From an uncultured archaeon (lineage in GTDB: Archaea > Asgardarchaeota > Lokiarchaeia > Sigyniarchaeales > SOKP01), in contig CAYLZE010000015.1 in assembly GCA_964388035.1 (NCBI GenBank), forward strand, positions 1 to 63,661: 63,661 nucleotides of DNA, written 5' to 3'. A program made the translations under genes and the position numbers. Shown here piece after piece: positions 9,475 through 19,836 of the stretch (within the stretch, counting starts at the first letter, position 1; each line of letters opens with the position of its first letter). The notes under the pieces are model-generated. The model was not told the origin of the DNA and ran no database searches. It saw only the letters and a list, made by a program, of their open reading frames with translations.

Positions 9475-9881
9475 TTTTTTATCCTATTTTTTTTCATTCA
9501 AAGACATGGGATCTGATTTCCCACAAAATTCCCACCTTGAATGAAGTTAGATTTGGTCATTTATTATGCTTTAAAACCTTATTATTTTTTCTATCTTTCT
9601 TGGGGTCGGGAAGTTCTAAATTTTAAATTACTTTTCTCGCTTTGAATAAAGTTAAAAGAATTTCTCCAAATAAGCTTCAAAGATATGGTTCTCATTAATT
9701 TTTAATAGCGAGATTTTATCTATAGAAATGTTTCCTTCTTCGTAATTATTAAGGAAGAGTTTTTATGTAAGGGTCTACTGTAAAAAATTTAAAAGAATGA
9801 TAAGTTCAGAAGCCGTCCTTCAATTCTTGAAAAATTGAATAATAAGATTTTTAACTTTTCGTTAATGAATTAGGATAAGAT

Positions 9882-11225
9882 TTGAGGGAATTTTTTCCCA
9901 CTAAACGAGATGAAATTATTTTGCCTTATTGGAATGAAAAAGCGGAAACAATGCCCCGCGCAGAATTAGAAGCACTGCAAGGGAGTAAGCTAAGAAAGTT
10001 AGCTGATTATGTATATAATAACGTGCCTTTTTACAAAAAAAAATTTGATGAATTGCGAATAAAACCCAGCGATATAAAATCGGTTAATGATATTACCAAA
10101 TTACCCTTAACTTATAAGACGGACTTGCGCGATCACTATCCGTTTGGTTTAAACGCAGTACCCATGGAAGAGATCATCAGAATCCATGCCTCATCGGGGA
10201 CAACAGGAAAGCCAACCGTTGTTTGTTACACGCGCAAGGACATCGAGGATTGGACAGAATTGATGGCACGTACCGTCTCCGCCCCCGGGATTACTCGTAA
10301 AGATATCATTCAAAATGCCTACGGATACGGACTTTTCACGGGAGGTCTAGGATTTCATTATGGAGCAGAAAAGGTGGGAGCGACCGTTATTCCCATTTCT
10401 GGTGGAAATACGGAGCGGCAATTGATGATTATGCAGGATTTCGGGTCCACAGTGTTAACGTGTACTCCTTCTTATGCACTATATATTGCAGAATATGCCA
10501 AGCAACAAGATATTGATGTGAGCAAATTATCTTTAAAAATAGCTATCTGCGGTGCCGAGCCATGGAGTGATAATCTCAGGAAAACTATTGAAGAAGAATT
10601 AGAAATCGATGCGTACGATATTTATGGGCTTAGCGAGATATATGGTCCTGGAGTATCCGTGGAATGTGAACAGAAAAATGGAATGCATATTTGGGAAGAT
10701 TTTTTCATCGTTGAGGTCTTGGATAAAAGAACTTATGAACCCGTCGAGGAAGGAGAAGAGGGTGTTCTCGCCTTCACGACTCTTGAAAAAACGGGCATGC
10801 CCCTATTAAGGTACATCACCTATGATATTGCCACCTTCACGAAAGAAAAATGTGGTTGTGGGAGAACATGTGGTAGAATGAGCAAGGTCACGGGAAGAGC
10901 AGATGATATGTTGATCGTCAGGGGTATCAACGTGTTTCCAAGTCAAATAGAACACGTTCTTTCTTCAGTACCGGGAGTAGCAGGTTATTATCAAATAATT
11001 ATTGATCGAGATATTATCGATTCACTTTTAGTGCAAGTAGAGCTTACACCCGATACATTTTCTGATCAAATGAAAGTTTTGGAAAAGTTCAAGAAAGACA
11101 TTGAATTAAGACTATATAACACGCTTCAAGTTAAAGCCGATGTAGATTTAGTTTCACCGGGTACTTTACCACGGACTGAAGGAAAGGCAAAACACGTGGT
11201 AGATAAAAGAATAAAAAACATATAA
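9882..11225 (+). CDS. paaK: Phenylacetate--CoA ligase
   Basis: IHASSGTTGKPT, YGYGLFTGGLG, GAEPWS, YGLSE, GRADDMLIVRGINVFPSQIE, LPRTEGKA. Confidence 0.95.
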   Translation: MREFFPTKRDEIILPYWNEKAETMPRAELEALQGSKLRKLADYVYNNVPFYKKKFDELRIKPSDIKSVNDITKLPLTYKTDLRDHYPFGLNAVPMEEIIRIHASSGTTGKPTVVCYTRKDIEDWTELMARTVSAPGITRKDIIQNAYGYGLFTGGLGFHYGAEKVGATVIPISGGNTERQLMIMQDFGSTVLTCTPSYALYIAEYAKQQDIDVSKLSLKIAICGAEPWSDNLRKTIEEELEIDAYDIYGLSEIYGPGVSVECEQKNGMHIWEDFFIVEVLDKRTYEPVEEGEEGVLAFTTLEKTGMPLLRYITYDIATFTKEKCGCGRTCGRMSKVTGRADDMLIVRGINVFPSQIEHVLSSVPGVAGYYQIIIDRDIIDSLLVQVELTPDTFSDQMKVLEKFKKDIELRLYNTLQVKADVDLVSPGTLPRTEGKAKHVVDKRIKNI

Positions 11226-11250
11226 AGAATTCATGTAGGAGGTAAGAAAA

Positions 11251-11664
11251 ATGTTAAAACAAATCAGTGTCTTTCTTGACAACTCCCCCGGGCAATTAGC
11301 ACGGTTTACAAAGATCTTAATGGACAATAAAGTGAACATGAGAGCAATTACTGTAGCAGAAACAGCCGATTTTGGAATCCTACGAATCTTAGTGGATAAA
11401 GTGGAGGAGTGCGTTAAAATTTTAAAAAATGCAAATTATCTGGTTTCTCTCACGGACGTAATCGCCGTGGACGTGCCCGATGAACCGGGAGCGTTGTATA
11501 AAATAACCAAAATCCTTGGAGAAAATTCAGTAAATATAGAATATCTCTATAGCAGCATTATTAAAGAGGAAGCAATCATTGTTTTAAGAGTAGATGATGT
11601 TCAAAAAGCCCAAGGGATTCTGAAAGGAAAAGGTATCAAATTAATAGAAAAACAAGAATTTTAA
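11251..11664 (+). CDS. Tandem ACT-domain protein (paralog 1)
   Basis: KQISVFLDNSPGQL...AETADFGILR...PDEPGAL...NIEYLY. This family is typically found next to paaK. GGAGGT RBS. Confidence 0.9.
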   Translation: MLKQISVFLDNSPGQLARFTKILMDNKVNMRAITVAETADFGILRILVDKVEECVKILKNANYLVSLTDVIAVDVPDEPGALYKITKILGENSVNIEYLYSSIIKEEAIIVLRVDDVQKAQGILKGKGIKLIEKQEF

Positions 11665-11790
11665 TAAATTATATCTTTTTTTTATTTGTTCACAAATGTG
11701 AATGAATGTAGTTGAATACTCAATTAAAAATAGAATAATAATTAAAAGTACCATTTTATTTGTTTTCGAAAAGGGAAAAAAGGGAAAAAT

Positions 11791-12204
11791 ATGATTCAGT
11801 TATCGGTATTCCTTCCAAACGTACCAGGGACTTTTTCTAAATTCCTTGATGTCTTTATTGCACACGAAATCGAGATTCTCGGTATAACTGTGGCGGAAAG
11901 TGACGAATTTGGATTACTCCTTTTATTGGTAGATAAACCTAAAGAATGCATTAATGTATTAGATGAACATGACTATTCTGTTTCTGCTACCGAAGTTATT
12001 GGAGTTAAAATCGATTCAGAGAGCAATACAAAAGCAATGAAGCAAATAGCTAGTCTTTTAGGAGATAATGAAATTAATATTGAATATTTGTATAGTTCGT
12101 TGGTAAGACATGAAGCGATTATCATTCTAAAAGTCGATGACATCGAAAATGCAAAACGGGTCTTAAAAGAAAGTCAATTTGAGATCGCAGGGGACCAAGT
12201 TTAA
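11791..12204 (+). CDS. Tandem ACT-domain protein (paralog 2)
   Basis: QLSVFLPNVPG...AESDEFGLL.LLVDKP...INIEYLYSS; aligns with paralog 1. Confidence 0.88.
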   Translation: MIQLSVFLPNVPGTFSKFLDVFIAHEIEILGITVAESDEFGLLLLLVDKPKECINVLDEHDYSVSATEVIGVKIDSESNTKAMKQIASLLGDNEINIEYLYSSLVRHEAIIILKVDDIENAKRVLKESQFEIAGDQV

Positions 12205-12368
12205 AAATAGGAGAAACTCCTTTATTCCTTATAAAGAATAGGTAATTAGAGGTTCATTTTTACGTATTTAACAATAGATTAATATACAATCTAATTTTTA
12301 CCATTTATAAAGTATACATTTAGAGAGAATTAATTTTATAACTACAAAAATAACAGGGATTTAACCAA

Positions 12369-12785
12369 ATGTTGCAAGAAATATCGTTATTTCTCCCGAA
12401 TTATCCGGGAGTTTTGGCCCAATTAAGTTTACTCTTGAGAGCCAACGAGATTAAAATAATTGCGATTTCTGTCGCCCAAACAAAAGAGTATGGGTTAGTC
12501 ATGATTTTAGTGGACAAACCTTCCGAATGCATTGCCATTCTGGAGGAGAATGAGTATGAATATCACGTGAAAGAGGTGGTGTTGATCAACATGATTGATA
12601 AACCGGAAATAATAAATGATATCGCGGAAATCATGGGTGTAAATGACATCAATATCGAATATATCTACTCCACCCTAGTCCGACGTCAAAAAAATGAAGC
12701 TTACTTGATCCTTAATACAAATAATAATGAAAAAGCAACAAGCACTCTAAAGGAGAAAGGGTTTTCGCTTTTAGAATCGGTTTAA
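12369..12785 (+). CDS. Tandem ACT-domain protein (paralog 3)
   Basis: EISLFLPNYPGVL...AQTKEYGLV.ILVDKP...INIEYIYS. Confidence 0.88.
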   Translation: MLQEISLFLPNYPGVLAQLSLLLRANEIKIIAISVAQTKEYGLVMILVDKPSECIAILEENEYEYHVKEVVLINMIDKPEIINDIAEIMGVNDINIEYIYSTLVRRQKNEAYLILNTNNNEKATSTLKEKGFSLLESV

Positions 12786-12959
12786 AGGAAAATCTGTTAA
12801 TATTGGGAATGATTTAGTTCTTGATTAAATATCATTCACTTCTTATTAAAAGAAATGGTTAGAATTTTAACTTTTTACGGATATTAAATTTAATATATTA
12901 TATGGAATGGAATGGTTCATCACCTATAGATTGATTATAAATAGTAGCATGAGAAAATC

Positions 12960-13880
12960 ATGACTCTAGGACTTCGTAATAAGGATACTCTTGGTGCAGA
13001 AAAAAAGCCCCTTAACAAAAAAAATTATAATGCATTATGTGTTGGTATTGGAGGAACGGGAGTTATCAGAACGTCCATGATCCTGGGATGGTCTGCTTTA
13101 CACGAAGGATTTAGAGTACGGACGGCTGAAACTCATGGCATGAGCCAGAGAGGAGGATCTGTTTCTTCATATCTGAGATTTGGTCGCTCCTTAGAATCCC
13201 CATTCATGGTGGAAGGAGATTTAGATGTATTAATTGCATTTGAGATTTCCGAGGCTCTTAGAAACTTGCATTATGCAAATAAGGATACAATTTTAATAAT
13301 TTCCAAAAATACCGTTATTTCTCCTTCAGTGCTAACCCATCGCAGCTTGAAAATAGATGGAAATAAGTGCGTGGGTTGTGGAAATTGCATTGCTTATTGC
13401 GTGCCTAATTCCATCTATAATAATCCCTTCAGCAGCCACCCCTTTACCTTAATCAAAGGTCCAACGCGAAAGGTGGTAAATGGCTATTCTCGAGTATTAG
13501 AATCCTGCACGGGATGCATTCAATGTATTATTGATAAAGTCTGTCCTTTCGGAGCAATTCAAGCGTTTAATGAATGGGAATATGTCGATGTGGACTTAAT
13601 TGAAAAAGACATTAGATCTATTTCAAAAAAAGCTATCATTCTTGATGCAAATCAAATTGCTATAGAAGCGGGAAACATTCTTACTGCCAATGTTGTGCTA
13701 TTAGGGGTTCTAGCGGGGATAGAGGTGTTACCTCTCTCAAAAGCAACCCTGAAGCAAACCGTGAAACAATTTGTACCTGAACAAGCTTTGAAAGTGAATG
13801 AAACTGCGTTCGAAATGGGAGTGAAAATAGGATTAATGGAAAAAAAATCAAGGGAAAATGAATTGAATAGATTAATTTAA
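12960..13880 (+). CDS. iorB: Indolepyruvate:ferredoxin oxidoreductase beta subunit with inserted ferredoxin-like domain
   Basis: GIGGTG, AETHGMSQRGGSV, AFEISEALR, ANVVLLG motifs. Internal CVGCGNC..YC and CTGCIQC...VCP. Confidence 0.9.
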   Translation: MTLGLRNKDTLGAEKKPLNKKNYNALCVGIGGTGVIRTSMILGWSALHEGFRVRTAETHGMSQRGGSVSSYLRFGRSLESPFMVEGDLDVLIAFEISEALRNLHYANKDTILIISKNTVISPSVLTHRSLKIDGNKCVGCGNCIAYCVPNSIYNNPFSSHPFTLIKGPTRKVVNGYSRVLESCTGCIQCIIDKVCPFGAIQAFNEWEYVDVDLIEKDIRSISKKAIILDANQIAIEAGNILTANVVLLGVLAGIEVLPLSKATLKQTVKQFVPEQALKVNETAFEMGVKIGLMEKKSRENELNRLI

Positions 13881-13899
13881 TTTAATGAGTTGATGGTGA

Positions 13900-15780
13900 A
13901 TGAGTAAACCATTTTACGCTCTAGACGAACCGAACAGCAAGGGGGTCTTGCTTGGAAACGAAGCCATAGCCCGAGGCGTCTTTGAGGGGGGAATTACGGT
14001 GGCTGCAGGTTATCCCGGAACGCCCTCTTCTGAAATCATGGAAACCTTGGCTGAAATACACAAATTTTATCCCACGTTTCAAATTGAATGGTCTACCAAT
14101 GAAGCGGTTGCATTTCAAGTAGCTCTAGGTGCTTCGATGTGTAATGCAAGAGCATTTGCTTGCATGAAACACGTGGGATTAAACGTGGCAGCAGATGCAT
14201 TCATGACGGCAACTTATGCTGGTGCACATGGGGGTTTTGTTTTATTATCTGCGGATGATCCCAACTGTTATTCTAGTCAAAACGAGCAAGATAATCGTTA
14301 TTATGGCCTGCACTCCTTATGCCCAGTAATTGAAGCAATTAATTTGCAAGAAGCCAAGGATTTAGTAAAGCATGCCTTCGATTTTTCTGAACAATTTCAA
14401 TCCTTAGTAATGCTAAGAACCACCACCCGGTTGAATCATGCAAGGGGAGATATACAATTAGGAGAAATTATTCATTTGGATGATCGAGAATTTAAGTTTG
14501 ATAAGGATCGATCGAGATGGACTTTTTTACCATCCAATGCTCGGGTCCAAAGATTGAAGCAACTGGAGCGATTTGAGGCACTTAGAAAACACTCCAATCA
14601 CTTTCCCTTTACCCGATTAGATATCAAGGATGGAACCAATGTGGGATTAATCTCATCTGGCATTCCTTATGCTTATGCAATAGATGCCTTATCAAAACTT
14701 AACATGGATAACGGCGTTTCTACCCTAAAATTAGGAATGGTATTTCCCCAACCGGAAGAATTAATATTAAAATTGTTCGAGAATACGGAAAAAGTTGTAA
14801 TTGTAGAAGAACTCGAACCTTTTCAAGAAGATTTCGTGAAAAAACTCGCATTTGAAAATGATATTAAAGTAGAAATCGCGGGCAAAAAATATTTTCCTCG
14901 CAATGGAGAGCTCAATTTAAACTTAGTAGTAAAAGGGTTGGCCAAGTTTCTTGATATTTCCAATCCCCAAGTAGATATACCCATAGATACCACTAACTTG
15001 AATGAAGCATCACCCCGCCCGCCCGTGCTGTGTCCTGGGTGCTCGCATAGAAATACCTTTTATGCGCTTAAATTAATTGAACAAAAGTTGGGAAAAGAAT
15101 TCGTGTATTCCAGTGATATCGGATGCTATACTTTGGGATTCTATAAACCCATCGAAGCAATTGATACCTGTATCTGCATGGGAGCTTCTATTGGCATGGC
15201 AAATGGCATTGCAAAAATTCATGACGGTCCCGTTTTGGCATTGATTGGAGATTCAACTTTTTTCCATACGGGGATTCCGGGATTAGTAGATGCAGTTTAT
15301 AACCAAAATAACGTTCTAGTTATCATCTTAGATAATAGTGTCACAGCAATGACCGGATTTCAACCCCATCCTGGCACGGGAATTAAAATAACGGGAGAAA
15401 CGGGAACGAAGATTCCTTTAGAATCTATCGTCCGCGGAGCAGGAATAAAGGAGGATCATCTATGGATCGTGGATTCTAACGATATAGAACAAACGACTAC
15501 AGCAATTGAGCAAGCAATCCAAGTGGAGGGTCCCAGAGTGCTGATTTCCCGTCATCCTTGTTCATTATATGAACGTAAGGATCGAAAACAAATTAATCCC
15601 GTTATAATTAATTCGGAAAAATGTAATAATTGTTTAATTTGCATCAAAAATTTCGGATGTCCGGCTTTTACTCTAATTGAGGATAAAGTCTCAGTCGTGG
15701 AACGACAATGTACGGGATGCGGTGTTTGCATCAATATCTGCCCTTTTAATGCGATTGAAAGAAAATATTCTCCCTCTTAA
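13900..15780 (+). CDS. iorA: Indolepyruvate:ferredoxin oxidoreductase alpha subunit
   Basis: LGNEAIARG, YPGTPSSE, MKHVGLNVAAD, SSQNEQD, RPPVLCPGCSHR, DIGCY, TPP motif GDSTFFH...DN..TAMTG, C-terminal 2x[4Fe-4S]. Confidence 0.95.
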   Translation: MSKPFYALDEPNSKGVLLGNEAIARGVFEGGITVAAGYPGTPSSEIMETLAEIHKFYPTFQIEWSTNEAVAFQVALGASMCNARAFACMKHVGLNVAADAFMTATYAGAHGGFVLLSADDPNCYSSQNEQDNRYYGLHSLCPVIEAINLQEAKDLVKHAFDFSEQFQSLVMLRTTTRLNHARGDIQLGEIIHLDDREFKFDKDRSRWTFLPSNARVQRLKQLERFEALRKHSNHFPFTRLDIKDGTNVGLISSGIPYAYAIDALSKLNMDNGVSTLKLGMVFPQPEELILKLFENTEKVVIVEELEPFQEDFVKKLAFENDIKVEIAGKKYFPRNGELNLNLVVKGLAKFLDISNPQVDIPIDTTNLNEASPRPPVLCPGCSHRNTFYALKLIEQKLGKEFVYSSDIGCYTLGFYKPIEAIDTCICMGASIGMANGIAKIHDGPVLALIGDSTFFHTGIPGLVDAVYNQNNVLVIILDNSVTAMTGFQPHPGTGIKITGETGTKIPLESIVRGAGIKEDHLWIVDSNDIEQTTTAIEQAIQVEGPRVLISRHPCSLYERKDRKQINPVIINSEKCNNCLICIKNFGCPAFTLIEDKVSVVERQCTGCGVCINICPFNAIERKYSPS

Positions 15781-15954
15781 AAAACTCAGGACTCTCTATT
15801 TCTTTCAATTCTAATTCGAGAAATTGTCACGAGTGGTAATCTTTCGACGCTTAATACTTAATTCGCCTTAAAAATCTATAGCTGAAAATAGCAATAAAAT
15901 GAAAAACAGAATCAAAAATCATGTTAAAAGTAAAAAAAGTTTTAGAAAAGTCAC

Positions 15955-16431
15955 TTATTTTCTCGAAGTGATTAAAAATCCGATTAGATAAAAGAGGAAA
16001 ACAACGCCAAAAGCTGCAGCACCATAAATGTAGAACCAAATAATACCTTTTGCCAATAAATTAATGATTATATATTTAATAAGCCATGCAAGAAGGCCGC
16101 CACCCGTTGTAAATATGATGTCCCAGAGAGAATTCCAAATGGAATCTTGTCGATTCTCAAATTTTACTCCGAGGCGCCACAACACAATATTTTCAAAAAG
16201 TTCCCATATTATGGCGAAGATAACCACAAAGGATAAAACATGCCACCACATGAGAATAGGAGGACCGATGAATATTTCAGTTAGAGTGATTAATAAAGAG
16301 AAAATTAAAAATGCAGCAATTCCCGTGCAAATATGCCCCCAAGAATAGAAATCCCATGGAGAGCGTCCTACATATTCGCTCGTGGCTCCAACAAGAGGAA
16401 TATATTTATCATCTATTGGTTCTGTTCCCAT
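15955..16431 (-). CDS. Hypothetical 4-TM membrane protein
   Basis: Hydrophobic helices with D.YS.GH...WELFEN...DS..NS..D pattern. Confidence 0.75.
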   Translation of the reverse strand: MGTEPIDDKYIPLVGATSEYVGRSPWDFYSWGHICTGIAAFLIFSLLITLTEIFIGPPILMWWHVLSFVVIFAIIWELFENIVLWRLGVKFENRQDSIWNSLWDIIFTTGGGLLAWLIKYIIINLLAKGIIWFYIYGAAAFGVVFLFYLIGFLITSRK

Positions 16432-17574
16432 ATTACTTCACGCATTACAAGCTGTTTTAATTTAAAATGATTTTTTATTATAATAGAAAAATAATGACAA
16501 TCTACTATTAAATAATTATTGAAAATTTCAGCAGCATGATTATTTTCCCGCTCTTCCCTAAAATTGAATTGAAAATAGTCATTTAATTTTTTTTTACAAA
16601 AACAATATATTGCAATTGCCTATTACTTTAAAAATTAAGAATTTCTAAGAAAATGCGTTATATATGTCAACCCATCTAAAAACATATTTTTTCCATTAGA
16701 TCTAATATCTTTATTTTAAGATAATAATAATACTAATTAAATTTCAAGCTTCAGAATATTCGCACTACTAAAAATATTTTGCTTATTAATCCTTATTAAA
16801 GTAAAAATAATGAGTTATATCCCATTTAATTAAATATTTTTTAATAGGACAGTATTTTAGAGATTCAAGAAATGTCTTTTAAGAGTTTACTCCCATCTCT
16901 GATAAACTGTCAAATCTCGCTTATTAAGAATTTAATAAATTCCCAAAATTTCTTCCATAAAGTGTTGATGAAAAAATTTTTTTTTAAAAATGGGTTAAGA
17001 CTTTTTTTTTGTTTTCAAAAAAATCGTGGGAATTGCACGAAATTTTTTGATTATTAGTTAAAATTATGCGTTAAAATGACATTTTTTTTTAAACCATTGA
17101 TGTACCATAGCAATATAAAAATTTAATGGCATTAACACGTTCTATCAAACTGCTTGATTGATTAATCCAATCCAGCTTAACGTAAACTTTATATTTGGAG
17201 ATTTCTATATTAATATTGAAAAGAAAATTTTCGAAGTAGTAATGGAATGATACATTTTTTGAGCAATTTAGCCGCATAATTTTTATTCCTCCACTAAATA
17301 TCTTTTATGTGCTATGCCAAAGTTATTCTATCATTCCATTACTCTTTTTTTTTATTTATTTCATGAAGGCATGAATCAATCCTTATTCTCATCGTAGAAA
17401 ATTGAGAAGCAATGGGCATAATTAGGGATTTAAAAATACATTGCATTCAAAAAATAATATTTTAGAAAAATAAGTCTTTAGATCAATGTATTTAATTAGG
17501 ATTATCATTAATTTTAATACTTTTGTAAAGAATTTTAAAGTATTATCCTAAAAATTGATAATGAGGAATAAAAA

Positions 17575-18879
17575 ATGGCAAATTTAGTCACGATCGTGCA
17601 TAGAGATGAAGTACCGGGGTATCCTAGCAAATACACGGAAGACGATTTCAAGGTCATCTTAGATATGGTTGATGAAATGTTCAAGAACTTAGGGGGCATA
17701 GATAAGTACATAAAGCCGGGAGAAACCGTGGTGTTAAAACCGAATAGCTGCACCTATTTTGGTTCGGTAATGGTAGATAGAACTACCGGTGAGGAATGTG
17801 TGAATCTTCAAGGTGCGGCGAATACGGATGCAAGAGTATTGGCTGCTATAACCAAACTTGCGTTAGAACAGGCTAACGCAAAAGAAGTATTAACGGCAGA
17901 AACCTGTGCATTTGATTATCATGAACGATGGCAAGCCTGTATTACTTTAGAAGTTTCCGGGATTCAGAAGGCAGTGGAAGCAGTTGGCGGGAAAGCAATA
18001 GATTTTAATAACCTGGAACGTGTTGAGATTGAAATCAAAAAACCAGCAAATGCAATGTCTAAAATTAGAGTTCCGGAACTTTTAACCCGTGATGATGTAG
18101 CTTTTATCAATTGTCCTGCAATGAAAACGCATTCTTTTGAGACGCTAACGTTAGGAATGAAAAATTATCAAGGTATCTTTCAATGGAAAGATAAACTCAT
18201 TGCTCATGATGGTAAATTAAGTTTAAAGTTCGTTGATATGGTTCGTACTTTACCACCCCGGTTAACCGTTACTAGCGGATTATGGGCAGTTCAAGGGCAA
18301 GGTCCCATACCCATGCGTGGACACGATTATATGACCATTACGGACATGAATACTATCGTTGCGGGAGATAATGTGGTAGCGACGGATTCAGTTTGTGCAC
18401 GTGTCATGGGTTTTGATCCGATGGAGGTAAGGACTATTCGATTAGGTGCTCATCTTGGTGCGGGACCCTTAGACTTGGATAAAATAAAACTATCGGGTAC
18501 ACCTATTGAAAAAGTTAAAAGAAATTTCATGAAACCATCAGGAGAATGCAATGGAGTGTATCCCACCGTAAGGGTGGTTGAGGGATCTCCTTGTTATGTC
18601 TGTAAAGCATTAGTGCGTGCTATTTGCGATGGCCTGGAATTTACTTTTCCCTTCTTACATGAAAAAGATCAAGATCCTATTTTCATTTTAGGATTGAATG
18701 CTTATATTCCCGAAGATATTAAAGGAAGCGACAAAGAAGTCTGGGTAATAGGCGATTGCGCGGCAGAACATAAAAATGTCACCTCCAACACTCATTTCTA
18801 TCCCGGGTGCTGCCCCATGCAAGCTAATATTGAACTGCCCGGAACTATTGTCGGAAAGTGGAAAAAATTAAAAGGTTAA
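17575..18879 (+). CDS. DUF362-domain Fe-S protein
   Basis: IKPGETVVLKPN, NCPAMKTH...TLGMKN..G, QGQGP, VATDSVCARVMG. C-terminal CYVC...GDCA...PGCCP. Confidence 0.85.
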   Translation: MANLVTIVHRDEVPGYPSKYTEDDFKVILDMVDEMFKNLGGIDKYIKPGETVVLKPNSCTYFGSVMVDRTTGEECVNLQGAANTDARVLAAITKLALEQANAKEVLTAETCAFDYHERWQACITLEVSGIQKAVEAVGGKAIDFNNLERVEIEIKKPANAMSKIRVPELLTRDDVAFINCPAMKTHSFETLTLGMKNYQGIFQWKDKLIAHDGKLSLKFVDMVRTLPPRLTVTSGLWAVQGQGPIPMRGHDYMTITDMNTIVAGDNVVATDSVCARVMGFDPMEVRTIRLGAHLGAGPLDLDKIKLSGTPIEKVKRNFMKPSGECNGVYPTVRVVEGSPCYVCKALVRAICDGLEFTFPFLHEKDQDPIFILGLNAYIPEDIKGSDKEVWVIGDCAAEHKNVTSNTHFYPGCCPMQANIELPGTIVGKWKKLKG

Positions 18880-18923
18880 AAAATAATTTTTATTCTATTC
18901 TTTTTTTTATTAATAGCCCGGAT

Positions 18924-19676
18924 TCACGCTTTTATTTCTTGGCTTTGAACACTTGGTACGATTCTCATTCTCTTTTTCAACCAATTAGGCAAATTGAAAC
19001 CATAATAAAACAAGATAGCACTTGATGCCAGCATAATTCTACTAATAATCAATATTGTTCCTTGGGAAGCAAATAAACCATCCCATACAGCACCGATTAC
19101 ATAGACAAGAATCGCGACGAATAAGATCTTGCCTTTTAGCTTAATCTCTAAGTCATCAGATCCTATTGCGGAACGAGCAAACATGATTCCCGTTATCAAA
19201 AATATTAATAGAACGATTAAAAAATAGCTCAATATAAAGGGTTGATTTATTGAATCCACGGCACTAACTTCAATTGCGATTAACGATGGTTGGGTAAATA
19301 AGATAAATAAAAATACCACTTCAAAAACAGCTTGAGTTATGATTGCTAAGGTGATGATAATTTTTTTCTTTCTTTGATAGAGAAATTCAGTAAATGCAGC
19401 TAGCCACGCCACTAAACCGACTGGAACAAAAACGGTCGAAATAAAATAGATTGTTTGGATACCTAAGCCTTCTCCCGTGAAAAAAGCGAATAGGAACGAT
19501 ATTGCGTGTCCCATCCAAGGTTCACTCATGGCGATCCAAGTGATTCCAACGAAAATAAAAGTATTCTTCTTAAATTTTGAATATTTATAAAAGAAGATCA
19601 AACCAACTATAATTGAAATACTTACAAAAATAAGGGCTAAAAAACCATTAATGATATCATTAACTGGTAATGTCAT
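18924..19676 (-). CDS. Stand-alone ~7-TM membrane protein (Lokiarchaeia-type sensor-like family)
   Basis: Seven hydrophobic segments; paralogous in layout to 50770-51474. Confidence 0.75.
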   Translation of the reverse strand: MTLPVNDIINGFLALIFVSISIIVGLIFFYKYSKFKKNTFIFVGITWIAMSEPWMGHAISFLFAFFTGEGLGIQTIYFISTVFVPVGLVAWLAAFTEFLYQRKKKIIITLAIITQAVFEVVFLFILFTQPSLIAIEVSAVDSINQPFILSYFLIVLLIFLITGIMFARSAIGSDDLEIKLKGKILFVAILVYVIGAVWDGLFASQGTILIISRIMLASSAILFYYGFNLPNWLKKRMRIVPSVQSQEIKA

Positions 19677-19836
19677 GTTAAATGCACATTTGAATACGAT
19701 TGAATTAATAAGAATTATGTAAAAACATGTTTATAAATTTATACCTTTTAGAAGTTAAAGCTCAAAAAATGAAACGAAACAAAAAGATAAAAGATTTTAT
19801 TTTGATTTCTCTATTTCTGAATTATTTATAGGAATA

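Noticed and set aside
16872-17277. Two ~61-aa ORFs in the long spacer
   Set aside because: Phe/Lys/Asn-rich translations typical of AT-rich non-coding DNA, with no RBS or motif.
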